Shown here: positions 57,295 through 57,455 of the stretch, piece by piece
Layout: every line of letters starts with the position of its first letter
How positions within the stretch are numbered: the stretch's first letter is position 1
From: a virus
IMG/VR virus record: IMGVR_UViG_3300044658_000099
Location: 1 to 57,455 of that record
Length of the DNA stretch: 57,455 nt
Direction: 5' to 3' (one strand)
Made by a program: the position numbers and the translations under genes
Notes under the pieces: generated by a model
Told to the model about the DNA's origin: nothing
The model's database searches: none
What the model saw: the letters and a program-made list of their open reading frames with translations, nothing else

Positions 57295-57455
57295 TCACCC
57301 CGCCGCGGTGAGACGGGGCAACGTCTCGGGGTCGTACATGGCGCCGCGAACCGGGTCGACGAACGCGGGCGTGATCCGGCCTCGGTCCTTCCAGGTGCGG
57401 ATCGTTGAGACGGTCTTGCCGTACCTTTCGGCGACCTCGCTGGTGGTGAGGAACC
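57295..57455 (-). CDS. 3' end of the DUF2637-like/HTH gene that starts at 773 (window-edge fragment)
   Basis: Own translation: ...FLTTSEVAERYGKTVSTIRTWKDRGRITPAFVDPVRGAMYDPETLPRLTAAG, with stop TGA at 57295-57297. Confidence 0.7.
   Translation of the reverse strand, partial: FLTTSEVAERYGKTVSTIRTWKDRGRITPAFVDPVRGAMYDPETLPRLTAAG
57329..57455. repeat. Terminal duplication, copy 2 (identical to 1-127)
   Basis: Read directly. Confidence 0.95.

Larger units (their letters stand above)
1..57328. mobile_element. Complete circularly closed genome of a temperate siphovirus-type actinobacteriophage (unique length 57,328 bp)
   Basis: All phage modules are present: terS/terL, portal, protease, HK97-type capsid, tail, TMP, lysis, serine integrase, CI/Cro switch, recombination and replication. 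Bases 1-127 equal 57329-57455, which closes the circle. Confidence 0.85.

Noticed and set aside
1-57455. tRNA, rRNA, tmRNA genes or a CRISPR array
   Set aside because: Reading the low-GC and intergenic stretches, I saw no cloverleaf-like T-arm motifs (GTTCGAATC-type) and no repeat-spacer periodicity. This is a visual scan only; tRNAscan-SE or ARAGORN should confirm it.

Overview
Very GC-rich window that reads as a complete, circularly closed genome of a temperate siphovirus-type actinobacteriophage. The host is probably Streptomyces or a close relative, judging by WhiB, DUF397 and XRE-type genes and by codon style. Bases 1-127 are identical to 57329-57455, so the unique length is 57,328 bp, and one gene is split across the window edge. 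About 95 protein genes are supported, and roughly 90% are on the minus strand, many joined by ATGA/GTGA/TGATG overlaps. Reading down the minus strand: terS-terL-(small membrane protein)-portal/MuF fusion-ClpP-type protease-HK97-type capsid (51.9-45.4 kb); an atypical head/neck block with a fibre-like protein and a Zn-ribbon protein (45.3-41.4 kb); two paralogous tail-tube-like genes, G/T chaperones with a -1 frameshift, tape measure and a 1288-aa tail protein (40.9-31.2 kb); and a lysis cassette with two lysins, a holin and two membrane coiled-coil proteins, one of them collagen-like (31.2-28.2 kb). Next comes an accessory island (28.2-24.1 kb) carrying a HAD hydrolase, a 395-aa HTH plus helical-repeat regulator, Cys-rich mini-proteins and an XRE/DUF397 pair. 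Then come a candidate attP, a large serine integrase, a CI/Cro-type switch with a membrane protein co-oriented with the repressor (23.9-20.7 kb), and a long early operon (20.9-10.8 kb: ERF, YqaJ exonuclease, DnaQ-like exonuclease, RuvC-like resolvase, WhiB fusion). A DnaB-N/RepA-like helicase follows, with an iteron-like repeat cluster in its 3' end (10.4-8.6 kb), then MazG-like, DUF4326, SLOG/DUF2493 and SNase genes (8-2.4 kb). A run of seven consecutive membrane-protein genes spans the junction (54.4 kb to 0.9 kb). Six short plus-strand islands each begin with a small DNA-binding or regulator-like gene, and most sit next to palindromic candidate operators. I saw no tRNA, rRNA or CRISPR array. 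All family names come from motif recognition by eye; no database search or HMM was run, and start codons chosen inside long ORFs are inferences from RBS, gene coupling and amino-acid composition.
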